Source: Candidatus Eiseniibacteriota bacterium
GTDB taxonomy: Bacteria; Eisenbacteria; RBG-16-71-46
Direction: 5' to 3'
Length of the DNA stretch: 64,000 bases
NCBI GenBank assembly: GCA_041483195.1
Contig: JBGPFC010000010.1
Location: forward strand, 39,448 to 103,447
Shown: positions 18,472-27,476 of the stretch, in pieces
Layout: every line of letters begins with the position of its first letter
How positions within the stretch are numbered: position 1 is the first letter of the stretch
The notes under the pieces: model-generated
What the model saw: only the letters and a program-made list of their open reading frames with translations
Told to the model about the DNA's origin: nothing
The model's database searches: none
Program-made: the position numbers and the translations under genes

Positions 18472-18535
18472 GGAGTGCGATCTCCGGTCTCGAGGGTGGC
18501 ATCGCGTCGAAGCGTGGCGCGCGAAAACGCTTGCG

Positions 18536-18565
18536 ATTCTACGGGTCTGGCTCCGGCAACGTCAA
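18536..18565 (-). promoter_or_regulatory. sigma70-type promoter upstream of the selenoprotein gene
   Basis: TTGACG-N18-TAGAAT on the minus strand, about 65 nt upstream of ATG 18471. Confidence 0.6.
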
Positions 18566-18587
18566 GAATATGGGCGTCCGGATTTTG

Positions 18588-18881
18588 CTAAACCTCGACC
18601 CGATAGCGCCGCAACAGATCCTTCGATGGCACCCGCTTGCGGGAGCCGCCATGGACGACCAGGACGCGGAACCCGTACCGCTCGAGTCCGAAGTGGCGCT
18701 CGATGATCCGGACCAGCCCATCGATCGTCGCGTCGCCGCGGATGGTTCGGCCGCGGCGGCCCTGCCCGTGCGCCCGGGCCAGCCCCGCCTCGTAGCCTTC
18801 CTCGTATGAGCGCTTGAGCAACCGTTGCAGAGTCCGCCAGTGGGTGAGGCGCAGCTTCTTCAGGACCTGTGTCTGGGTCAT
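18588..18881 (-). CDS. Small basic hypothetical protein, possibly with a beta-grasp/ubiquitin-like C-terminal half
   Basis: GGGAGGG RBS; extended -10 TGCTAGAGT at 18917-18925; 97-aa ORF with typical codon usage. Confidence 0.7.
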   Translation of the reverse strand: MTQTQVLKKLRLTHWRTLQRLLKRSYEEGYEAGLARAHGQGRRGRTIRGDATIDGLVRIIERHFGLERYGFRVLVVHGGSRKRVPSKDLLRRYRVEV

Positions 18882-19181
18882 GACGTGCCCTCCCTGAATA
18901 CTTGGAGCCCGCCGGGACTCTAGCAGACGGCCGCACCGGCCGCTCGGAAACCGGGGAGTCCCCCCGGCGCCGATGAGCCGGCGGTCGGCATCGGGGTCCG
19001 GCCGCGCTCCCGCCCCGCGGGATTGCGAGGTCCGCGCGAGGGTCTTACACTGAGTGGTCCCTTAAGGACCTCCGGACCGCACCGATGCGGGGGCCGGAAG
19101 CACGCCGATCGGACTCCCGGTTCGGGCCGCGAGACGGGAGACGATCGAAGACCGAAGGCCGATCATGGGAGCGAGAGGCGC

Positions 19182-20039
19182 ATGGCGATTCCGGAGCATT
19201 CCGATCGCGGTCCGAGCGGCGATGAAACCCTGCGATTCGCACTTCTGATACTCGTGATCGGGATCGGTCTCGGGATCGCGTACAACGCGCTCGGGCTCGC
19301 GAGCCGGCCCGCCCGGGGCCTGCCGTGGGTCGGGCACGCCACGAGCGTGCAGAGCCTCGAATCGCTGGAGTCGCTCCCGGATGCGACGCCCGCAGCGGCC
19401 TCGACCCGCGCACCGACCACGACGCCCGCGCCGAGCGGCACGGGGGCACAAGCTGCGAAGACGCCTCCGTCGCACCCGGATTCGACAGCGCGGGCGGCGA
19501 CTCCCGCGCGCGGCACCAGGTCCCCGTCCAAGACGCCCGCCGCTCCCCCCCGGCACGCCGCGGTCACCACTCCCGCCCCGATCACGGCGCCGCCCCCCGC
19601 CGCGACGCCGCCCGCCGCGATGCCGCCCGCCGCGCCGGCCACGGCGCCCCGCACCGCCGACCTGCCGGTGATTCCGGACGTGAGCGGTCCGCTCAAGCTG
19701 GAGATCGCGACGCTCCGGCGGCTCTACGACGCCGACGCGGCGCTCATCATCGACGCCCGGGATTCCGAAGACTACAAAGACGGCCACATCGCGGGCGCCA
19801 TCGGCCTCTCTTACAACGACGCCCTCGCCGAACCCGACAGGGTGAAGCGGCTCGATTCGGGCGGGCGCCCGTTCGTGCTCTATTGCAGCGGCGGGGATTG
19901 CGAGCTGTCCATGGATCTCGCGAAGGTGCTGGTCGCCGCCGGCAAGCGGAAGGTTCTGGTGTACGAGGGTGGCTTCCCCGAGTGGCAGGCGGCGGGCAAT
20001 CCGGTCGCCAAGGGCCCGGACCCCGGAGCGCGTCCATGA
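19182..20039 (+). CDS. Membrane-anchored rhodanese-domain protein with Pro/Ala/Thr linker
   Basis: N-terminal TM helix; IIDARDSEDYKDGHIAGA, YCSGGDCELS and YEGGFPEW motifs. Confidence 0.85.
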   Translation: MAIPEHSDRGPSGDETLRFALLILVIGIGLGIAYNALGLASRPARGLPWVGHATSVQSLESLESLPDATPAAASTRAPTTTPAPSGTGAQAAKTPPSHPDSTARAATPARGTRSPSKTPAAPPRHAAVTTPAPITAPPPAATPPAAMPPAAPATAPRTADLPVIPDVSGPLKLEIATLRRLYDADAALIIDARDSEDYKDGHIAGAIGLSYNDALAEPDRVKRLDSGGRPFVLYCSGGDCELSMDLAKVLVAAGKRKVLVYEGGFPEWQAAGNPVAKGPDPGARP

Positions 20040-20464
20040 GCGCCGGCGGAAATTTCCTCACCTCGCGCGCGCTCGTCGGCCTGTGCCGAATCGTGGTCGG
20101 ACTCGTCATGATCGCGGCGGCGCTCGGCAAGATCGGCGACCCCGCGGCGTTCGCATCGCAGATTCATCACTACCGTCTCATCCCGGCGGCCCCCGAGAAC
20201 CTGCTCGCCATCACGCTTCCCTGGATCGAGCTGGTCGCGGGGCTCGCTCTGGTGCTCGGCGTGCGGGCGCGATCGGGAGCATGGCTGGTGGCGGCGATGA
20301 TGGTGGTCTTCACGCTCGCCGTGACCTCCGCGCTCGCGCGCAACCTGAACATCGACTGCGGTTGCTTCGGCACCGCCGACGCCTCGCGGATCGGATGGAC
20401 GAAGCTGCTCGAGAACATCGCCCTGACCGGCGCTGCGGTGGTCGCCTCGCTGCGACCGAGATGA
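20036..20464 (+). CDS. MauE/DoxX family redox-associated membrane protein
   Basis: KIGDPAAF, LPWIELVAG and NIDCGCFG motifs; ATGA overlap with the rhodanese gene. Confidence 0.88.
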   Translation: MSAGGNFLTSRALVGLCRIVVGLVMIAAALGKIGDPAAFASQIHHYRLIPAAPENLLAITLPWIELVAGLALVLGVRARSGAWLVAAMMVVFTLAVTSALARNLNIDCGCFGTADASRIGWTKLLENIALTGAAVVASLRPR

Positions 20465-20588
20465 TCTCGCCCACGCCGCGCGGCGCAGGCTCGCCCCGCG
20501 CGACGTTCGGGCTCCCCGCCCCGCGCGCATTGCCAGATGCCGGAGGGGGTTCTACTCTGCGGTTCGCGCGAAGGGAGCCCGGAACCGC

Positions 20589-21407
20589 ATGAGCTACGAG
20601 ACCCTCAACGAGACCGAGTGGGACCAGGTCCGTCACATCTGGGAGATGCTCGACGACGGCGAGACCGACCGGGCGCGCATCCAGCTCGACGACCTGATGC
20701 GCAGCCGCCCCGGGCATCCGGATCTCCGCATCGTCGACGCCTCGATCGCGCTCGACGAGGGTGACGCGAAGCGCGCCCACGATGCGCTCGATGGCGCCGA
20801 GCGCTCGGCCGATCCCGCACTCTTCTTCCAGCTGCGCGCGGTCGCGGGGTTTCAACTCGTGCGCTTCGAGGAAGCGCTCGCCGACGCCGAACGCGCGCTC
20901 GCCGTCCAGCCCGAGATGGCCGAGTCGCACGAGCTGCTCGCACGCATCCACGAATTCCTCGGGAACGCCGCGAAGGCGCGCGAGCACGCCCTGGAGGCGG
21001 CGGAGCTGGATCCCGAGCTGTGCCCGCTTCCGCTCGACGTGAGCGACGAGGACTTCGACGCCGTGGTCGAGAAGAGCCTGGTCGAGCTGCCGGACGAGGT
21101 GCGCGCCCATCTCGCCGAAATTCCCGTGATCGTCGACCCGTTGCCCGACCGCGCGGTGCTCACCGCCGAGAATCCGCCGCTCGCGCCCGACCTGCTCGGG
21201 CTGTTCGTCGGCCGCCACCTGCTCGAGCGCCAGCACGACGACGTGCCGGGCTCGCCGGGATCGATTCACCTGTTCCGCCGCAACCTGCTGCGCGCGTGCG
21301 CCGACCGCGAGGAGCTCGAGAAGGAGATCCGCATCACCGTGCTCCACGAGGTCGGGCACCTGCTCGGTCTCGACGAGGACGATCTCGAGCGCTGGGGGCT
21401 GGGCTAG
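20589..21407 (+). CDS. TPR-containing minimal zincin metallopeptidase (Zincin_1)
   Basis: TPR-like N-terminus; LLGLFVG, IHLFRRNL and ITVLHEVGHLLGL motifs. Confidence 0.85.
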   Translation: MSYETLNETEWDQVRHIWEMLDDGETDRARIQLDDLMRSRPGHPDLRIVDASIALDEGDAKRAHDALDGAERSADPALFFQLRAVAGFQLVRFEEALADAERALAVQPEMAESHELLARIHEFLGNAAKAREHALEAAELDPELCPLPLDVSDEDFDAVVEKSLVELPDEVRAHLAEIPVIVDPLPDRAVLTAENPPLAPDLLGLFVGRHLLERQHDDVPGSPGSIHLFRRNLLRACADREELEKEIRITVLHEVGHLLGLDEDDLERWGLG

Positions 21408-22591
21408 CCGCTCCCGGTTTCGTCCTCCACCACCTCGTCCACCCCGATCGCGCCGCTCTCGCATCGCGCGCACGGCAGCCGGTAGCGCGAGACCTCCGCG
21501 CGCCGCGCCAGCGCCGTGACCGCCACGCGCGCAGCGGCGGGGCCCCCCGCATCCAGCGCGGATGCGATCGCGCGCAGCGCGGGACCGAGCGTGGTGCCGC
21601 GCGCGAAGGGTTCCTCCATCAGGCGCGAGAGCCGCTCGCGCGCGAGCGGCGCCGACGCGCGCCCCGCCTCGTCCTTCATGCCGAGCGCCGCGTACCCGTG
21701 CGCCACCAGCGCGCGATCCCAGAACGTCTCGTGCTCGAGCTCGCCCTCTGCCGCGCGCAGCACGCGCGCATCCACGCACGCCGCGCCGTCGCGTGGCGCC
21801 CGCGATCGCGCGCGCTCCACCAGCAACGACCACAGCAGGCGGCCGACCGTCGCGTCGCTCCAGTATTCGGACGGCGGCCCCGCCTCCTCGCGCGCGGCGG
21901 CGATGACGGCGGCCGCCGGGAGCCCGGGCGTGACGGCCACCGCCTCGACGATTGCGAGCGCCGCGCGATTCCAGCGCACCTCGCGCCGATCGCCGGCGTG
22001 CGCGAAGTCGTCGCGGGCGCCGGCGAAATCCGCGCGTGTCGCGCGCAGCGCGCCGCGTGCCAGGCGCGTCGCGGGGTCGTCCTCCGCCGCGAGCGCGCGA
22101 TCGTATGCGCGCTCGGCGAGCGCGAGATCCCGCGTCCGCTCGGCCGCGATCCCGACCGCGCGCGCGACCCGTCCCGTCGCCCCGCCCGCCGCGCGCAGGG
22201 CGCTCAGGCTGGTGAGCGCGCGGCGCCACGCGCCGGCGCGCAGCGCGCCGAGCGCATCGCGGGTCGCGGCGTCGTCACCCGGCGCGGCATCGGGCGGGGT
22301 GAGATCGGTGAGAAATCGCGGCCGCTCCGGGAGGATCGCGCCGAGCGGCGCGGCGTCCTCCAGCCAGGCGGCGAGCACGGCGTCCAGATGCTGCAGCGTG
22401 GAGGACAGCTCGACGAAGCGCGGCGCGCCGAGCGTGAGCTTCGCGCCGCACGCGCAGCGGGGCGGCGGCGCTTCGCGCGGGACCGTCGCGCCCCGCTGGC
22501 ACGCCTCGCACCAGGCGTCGATCGCCGCGCCGCGCGGGCCGATCCACGCGCCGGCGCCGCAGGCATCGCAGCTCAGACGCCAGCGCGCCAT
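21404..22591 (-). CDS. Hypothetical helical/TPR-like protein with terminal Cys motifs (putative Zn ribbon)
   Basis: CDAC, CEAC and CACG near the N-terminus, CARC near the C-terminus; Ala/Arg-rich helical repeats; follows lptD on the same strand. Confidence 0.6.
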   Translation of the reverse strand: MARWRLSCDACGAGAWIGPRGAAIDAWCEACQRGATVPREAPPPRCACGAKLTLGAPRFVELSSTLQHLDAVLAAWLEDAAPLGAILPERPRFLTDLTPPDAAPGDDAATRDALGALRAGAWRRALTSLSALRAAGGATGRVARAVGIAAERTRDLALAERAYDRALAAEDDPATRLARGALRATRADFAGARDDFAHAGDRREVRWNRAALAIVEAVAVTPGLPAAAVIAAAREEAGPPSEYWSDATVGRLLWSLLVERARSRAPRDGAACVDARVLRAAEGELEHETFWDRALVAHGYAALGMKDEAGRASAPLARERLSRLMEEPFARGTTLGPALRAIASALDAGGPAAARVAVTALARRAEVSRYRLPCARCESGAIGVDEVVEDETGSG

Positions 22592-22619
22592 GGCGTGTTC
22601 CCGCGCATCGTGCCCATCG

Positions 22620-25600
22620 CTACTGGATGCCGCCGATGCTGCCGGTCCTCGTGCCGCGCTCGACGAAGATCTCCTTCTGATCCTTCACCGAGAGACGGAA
22701 GTAGTACTCGGCCTCGCCGCCGGTGGTGAAGCTCCGCGAGAAGGCGACGATCCAGCAGTGGAGATCGCGCGACAGCCCGAAGCGCTGGGTGAGGATCTCG
22801 CGCTGGCCGAGATCCATCGAGGTCGAGTAGTCGAGGCCCCAGCCCGGACTGATCTGGTATTGGAGCACCGCGTTCGCGGTCTGGCTGCTGCTCCACAGAT
22901 TGCGGAACACGTAACCGCCCGAGTACGAGTAGGCGAGCCCCAGCGTCCAGCTCTCGCGAGCCTCGGGCTCGGTGGGCGCGCCCTGATCCACCGGCAGCTC
23001 GGGGGCGGCCGACGGATGGCGGCCGCTCGAGAGGCTGAGCCCGGTGCTGTAGCCGAGATTGCGCACCGGGTGCGGGTTGTACACGTCGGTGTTCCAGCTG
23101 AAGCTCGCGTTGAAGACGCCGGGCGGCTGGAGGAAGAGGCTCGAGCCCAGCGTCGAGAGCGGGTGCAGCTGCTGCTGCTCCTTCCACAGGAAGTTGTATG
23201 AGCCGCGCGTGCTGAACGAGACCAGGTTGTCGAGCCGCTGCACGCGCTCGCCATGCTGGAGCTTCACCTGGAGCCGCTGATCGAGGCCGAAGCTCATGAA
23301 CGACTGCTTGAAGCCCGACACGCCGAAGCCGCCGAAGCTGTCGAACCGCTGCTGGCGCTGTCCGTTCGCGTTCACGAACGTCAGGCTCTCGAACTCGGGG
23401 CTGTACGAGTACGAAGCGCTCGGCGTCACGACGTGGCGGATCCCGACCAGCGGGCCGATCCGCCGGCGAAACGTGCCGTAGAACGACGCGCTGGTCGTGA
23501 CCCCCGAGCTCCACACCCCCGCCGCCGTCCGGCCCAGGGATTTCGGATCGCTCAGGTCGAGATGGTGCCCCTGTTCGTCGAAGTCGAAGATCACCGTGTT
23601 CGCGTCGACGAAGGGTTGGAGGTTGAGCCAGCCGAACATCCGCCGCGAATCGGAGAGCGAGGCGCTCGACGCGAACGCGCGCCGCGTCGTGTTCCGCTGC
23701 CCGAGCACCGCGATCGAGTCGGGAACGCCGCCCACGCTGAACGTGTCCTGCCGCGCGACGAAGGCGCGGCGCTCGCGCTGAGATGCGAAGCGGGTGCTGA
23801 GCGAGAAGTAGAGCGTGCTGAGCGGCTTCTGGAGGAACGTCTTCTGCAGCGGGCCGAACGCCCCCACCGAGCGGGTGGGGAACGACACCGAGAGGTTGGG
23901 CGCGGTCTCGAGCAGGTTGGGCAGCGACGCGAGGGTGCCGGTCGGGCGACCGTGCAGCGGACCGCTGCCGTCGGGATCCTCGATCCCGACGTCGGCGTCG
24001 AGGTCCTGCCGCCGGTCGAGCGCCGCGCTGATGCCGGCCCAGTCGGCGTTGTGGTTGATCGAGAGGCTCGAGGTCAGGAAGCGATTGAGCCGCTGGCTCA
24101 GCGTGCGGCCGAACTGGTTGCTGGTGCTGTAATCGCGGCTCGAGACGAACGAGGCGAGCGCCGCCAGTTGGGTGCGCGGCGAGAGCTCCTGCCAGTGATT
24201 GGCGGTGAAGTCCCAGTCTTCGTGCTGCTTGGCCTCATCGCGGGTCAGCGTGCCGCGGAACTGGCCGTTCAGCGCGTAGAGCAGCTTGTATTCGCCCTCG
24301 GTGCGCATCACCCACGAGGGCTCCGCCTGGTAGTAGTCGCCAGAGAACGTGAGATCCATGTAGTCGTTCGGCGCCCAGTAGTAGCCGGCATTGCGCAGGA
24401 ACTGCCCCGCGCGATTGCTGAAGCCGAACTCGAACTGCGGGAACAGGAACCCGGAGTGACGCCCGGGCTTGATCGGAAAGATCCAGAACGGCAGCGCGAG
24501 CAGCGGAACGTTCTTCACGTAGAACACGACCGGCTTCGCGATCAGCTTGTCCTTGAGATAGATCTTCATCCAGTGGGCGGCGAAGTGATAGTGGGGCGCC
24601 TCGAGGTTGCAGGTGCTGTACGAGCCCTGCATGACGTCGAGCTCCTTGTCGCCCACCTTGCGGATGCGCTCGCCGTGGTAGAGGCCCTGCTCGTAGGCGG
24701 TCTCGGCCTGGTAGATGGTGCCCACGCGCGACGCCATCTCGTAGGTCATCAGGTGGCCGGTCACGCGGTCGCCCCGATCGACCAGGTCCGGCTCTCCGCT
24801 CGCGACCAGCGACTGGCGGTCCACGTCGTACTCGACGCGCCGCGCGTGAAGCTCGAGGTCGCGATAGACCAGGTGCGCCGCGTGATCCAGCACGATCCTG
24901 CTCTTCGGCACCACGAAATGGATGCGCGAGGCGTCGTAGTACACGACCTCCTTGCGCGCTGCGGTGGTGTCGGCGGGATCGACGCCCAGGTGGTATTCGC
25001 CCTGCGCGCCACCCTCCACCCGCGCGTGGTCGATCTTCCCTTCCTTGAAGAACACGGTGATGGTGTCGCCTTCCGCCGAGTTGCGCTCCGCGCTCTTCCC
25101 GGCCTGGGGGAGCGCCGCGTAGAGGTTCATCGCCTTTCCGGTCGCGACCAGGCTGTCCATCCGGTCGCCGGTGAAGTGCGCGTCGAGCCGCGCGCCGGTC
25201 AGCCGGCTCGATTCGCTCTGGGCCGGAGGGCGCGCGCCGAGGTAGTCCATCTCCGCGCCGCCACGCACCACCACCCGCTCGAGGCGGCGCTCGTGGGTCC
25301 ACATCTCGAGCGTGTCGCCCCGCACCGTGCTGTGGCCGTCCCAGGCGCTCGGGTGCCCGAACAGCCAGCCGCGGTTCGCGCGGTCGTCGAACAGCGCGTA
25401 GTCGGCGCGCGCGCGCAGCGTGTCGCGCTGCACCGTGACCGAATCGATCGCCTCGGCGACGCGGCTCTCGGTGTTCAGCCGCAGCGTGGTCGCGCGGATC
25501 TCGGCCGCCTTGCCCCGGTCGTCCTTGACCAGCATCAGCGGCGCGCCGGTCGCGACCGCCTCGTGGCGGCCGCGGTCGTAATCGATGGCGCGCGCGCGCA

Positions 25601-26177
25601 GCTCGAGCTGGTGCTGATCGTCGAACCCGCGCACCTCGCCGCGGGCGTGGATCAGCATCGAGTCGCGGATGTAGGTGGCGCGCTCGCAGAGCAGGCGCTG
25701 CTCGCGATCGTGTCCCTCGACGCCGCCCCACAGCTCGGCGATCCCGCTCTTGCGGTAGTACGTGCCGGATGGGGCGAGCAGCGTGGCGTCGCGGTCCACG
25801 ACCGTGACGTTGCCGGAGAGTTGCAGCACGTCGTCGGTCTCGGAGTAGGAGGCGTGATCGCAGGTCGCGGTGGTCGTGCTGTCCACCATCTTCACGTGAC
25901 CGTCCAGATACAGCATGCCCCGCGCGCGCAGGTAGCGCCCCGCGTCGGCGGTGAGCAGGCTCCGGTCGCGCGTGACGTGCAGATTGCCCTTCAGCAGGAC
26001 CGTGTCGCCCTCGGGGCCATGGGTCCCCGAGACGTTGTCGGCCGTGATGTTGAGCGGCGGCTCGGGCGGCGCCGCGGCCTGCGCGGGCGCGGAGCGCGGC
26101 GCGATCGTCGCGAGCGCGGCCGCCAGCAGGCACGCGTGCGCCGCCGCCCATCCCGCGCGCGCCCCGTTCACTGCCAT
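22620..26177 (-). CDS. lptD: LPS assembly protein LptD with extended OstA/LptA-like N-terminal region
   Basis: Repeated beta-jellyroll segments; YSTCNLEAPHYHF, RHSGFLFP and C-terminal RDLHCW motifs. Start is ATG 26177 or GTG 26171. Confidence 0.85.
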   Translation of the reverse strand: MAVNGARAGWAAAHACLLAAALATIAPRSAPAQAAAPPEPPLNITADNVSGTHGPEGDTVLLKGNLHVTRDRSLLTADAGRYLRARGMLYLDGHVKMVDSTTTATCDHASYSETDDVLQLSGNVTVVDRDATLLAPSGTYYRKSGIAELWGGVEGHDREQRLLCERATYIRDSMLIHARGEVRGFDDQHQLELRARAIDYDRGRHEAVATGAPLMLVKDDRGKAAEIRATTLRLNTESRVAEAIDSVTVQRDTLRARADYALFDDRANRGWLFGHPSAWDGHSTVRGDTLEMWTHERRLERVVVRGGAEMDYLGARPPAQSESSRLTGARLDAHFTGDRMDSLVATGKAMNLYAALPQAGKSAERNSAEGDTITVFFKEGKIDHARVEGGAQGEYHLGVDPADTTAARKEVVYYDASRIHFVVPKSRIVLDHAAHLVYRDLELHARRVEYDVDRQSLVASGEPDLVDRGDRVTGHLMTYEMASRVGTIYQAETAYEQGLYHGERIRKVGDKELDVMQGSYSTCNLEAPHYHFAAHWMKIYLKDKLIAKPVVFYVKNVPLLALPFWIFPIKPGRHSGFLFPQFEFGFSNRAGQFLRNAGYYWAPNDYMDLTFSGDYYQAEPSWVMRTEGEYKLLYALNGQFRGTLTRDEAKQHEDWDFTANHWQELSPRTQLAALASFVSSRDYSTSNQFGRTLSQRLNRFLTSSLSINHNADWAGISAALDRRQDLDADVGIEDPDGSGPLHGRPTGTLASLPNLLETAPNLSVSFPTRSVGAFGPLQKTFLQKPLSTLYFSLSTRFASQRERRAFVARQDTFSVGGVPDSIAVLGQRNTTRRAFASSASLSDSRRMFGWLNLQPFVDANTVIFDFDEQGHHLDLSDPKSLGRTAAGVWSSGVTTSASFYGTFRRRIGPLVGIRHVVTPSASYSYSPEFESLTFVNANGQRQQRFDSFGGFGVSGFKQSFMSFGLDQRLQVKLQHGERVQRLDNLVSFSTRGSYNFLWKEQQQLHPLSTLGSSLFLQPPGVFNASFSWNTDVYNPHPVRNLGYSTGLSLSSGRHPSAAPELPVDQGAPTEPEARESWTLGLAYSYSGGYVFRNLWSSSQTANAVLQYQISPGWGLDYSTSMDLGQREILTQRFGLSRDLHCWIVAFSRSFTTGGEAEYYFRLSVKDQKEIFVERGTRTGSIGGIQ

Positions 26178-27472
26178 TCCCCCGGTGCGCCGCCGAAGGC
26201 GGCCATCGCCTCGCCCACCGCGAACAGCGATCCGGTGAGCATCACCCGGTCCGCGTGATGCGATGCGGAGGCGCCGGCGGTCGCATCGAGCGCGAAGCGC
26301 ACCGCGTCCTCCACCGAGGGCTGCACGCTCACCGCCCAGCCCGCGCGCAGCGCGGCGTCGGCGAGCGCGTCGGCCGGAAGGGCGCGTTCGTGGTCGGCGC
26401 GCGTGACGATCAGCCGTGCGCCGGGAGCGATCGAGCGCAGCCGCCGCAGCAGATCGTCCGCCGGCTTGTCGCGCGAGAGCGCGAGCACGATCGCGCCGGC
26501 CATCCCGTTCACCCAGGTCGACGCCAGGCTCTCGATGCCGTCGGAATTGTGCGCGCCGTCCCACCACAGCCGCGGCTCTGCGGGACACGGCTCGAACCGG
26601 CCGGGCCAGCGCGCCCGCGCGAATCCCGCGCGCAGCGCGGCCATGGGGATCACGACGCCGGCGTTCGCGAGGGTCGCGAGCGCCTCGATCGCGACCGATG
26701 CGTTCTCGGCGGCTCGCCCGCCCCGCATGGCGATCGGCAGCGTGAGGTGCCCGCCCCAGGGCGCCGGTCCGCACCGCAGCTCGACGATCGCGCCGCCCTC
26801 CCGCGCCTCGGCGAGACCGGCCGCGGATCGAAGCGGCGCTTCCTGTGTCCGCGCGACCTCGCGCACCACGGCTTCGGCGGCGGCCTCGAGGCCGCCGGTC
26901 ACCACCGGCACGCCCCGCTGGATGATGCCCGCCTTCTCGGCCGCGATCGCTTCGAGCGTGCCGCCCAGGATCTCGGTGTGATCGAGTCCGATGCTGGTGA
27001 TGACGGTGACATCGGGCGCGAGCACGTTGGTGCAGTCGAGGCGTCCCCCCAGCCCCACCTCCACCACCGCCCACTCCACGCCGCGATCGGCGAAGTCGTC
27101 GAAGGCGAGCGCGGTGCAGACCTCGAAGAACGTGCGGTCCGCCCCCTCCGGAAGGCTCTGGATCTTCGCCAGCCGCGCCTCGAGCCGCGCCTCGTCGGCC
27201 CAGCGTCCGCCCACGCGAATCCGCTCGCGAAAATCCACGAGGTGCGGGGAGGTGAAGAGGCCGGTGCGGTGTCCGGCCTCGCGCAGCACGCGCTCGATCA
27301 GCGCGCACACCGATCCCTTGCCGTTGGTGCCTGCCACGTGCACCGCGCGGAAGCGGCGCTGCGGATCGCCGAGCGCGCCGAGCAACGCGCGGATGCCCTC
27401 GAGGCCGAGCTTGTCGCGACGGCGTTCGAGACCGTAGAGCGCTTCGAGTGCCTGCTGGAGCTTGAGACTCAC
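26168..27472 (-). CDS. folC: Folylpolyglutamate synthase / dihydrofolate synthase
   Basis: HVAGTNGKGS, FTSPHL, EVGLGGRLD, WPGRFE, DGAHN and TGSLF motifs. Confidence 0.93.
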   Translation of the reverse strand: MSLKLQQALEALYGLERRRDKLGLEGIRALLGALGDPQRRFRAVHVAGTNGKGSVCALIERVLREAGHRTGLFTSPHLVDFRERIRVGGRWADEARLEARLAKIQSLPEGADRTFFEVCTALAFDDFADRGVEWAVVEVGLGGRLDCTNVLAPDVTVITSIGLDHTEILGGTLEAIAAEKAGIIQRGVPVVTGGLEAAAEAVVREVARTQEAPLRSAAGLAEAREGGAIVELRCGPAPWGGHLTLPIAMRGGRAAENASVAIEALATLANAGVVIPMAALRAGFARARWPGRFEPCPAEPRLWWDGAHNSDGIESLASTWVNGMAGAIVLALSRDKPADDLLRRLRSIAPGARLIVTRADHERALPADALADAALRAGWAVSVQPSVEDAVRFALDATAGASASHHADRVMLTGSLFAVGEAMAAFGGAPGEWQ

Positions 27473-27476
27473 AGCT

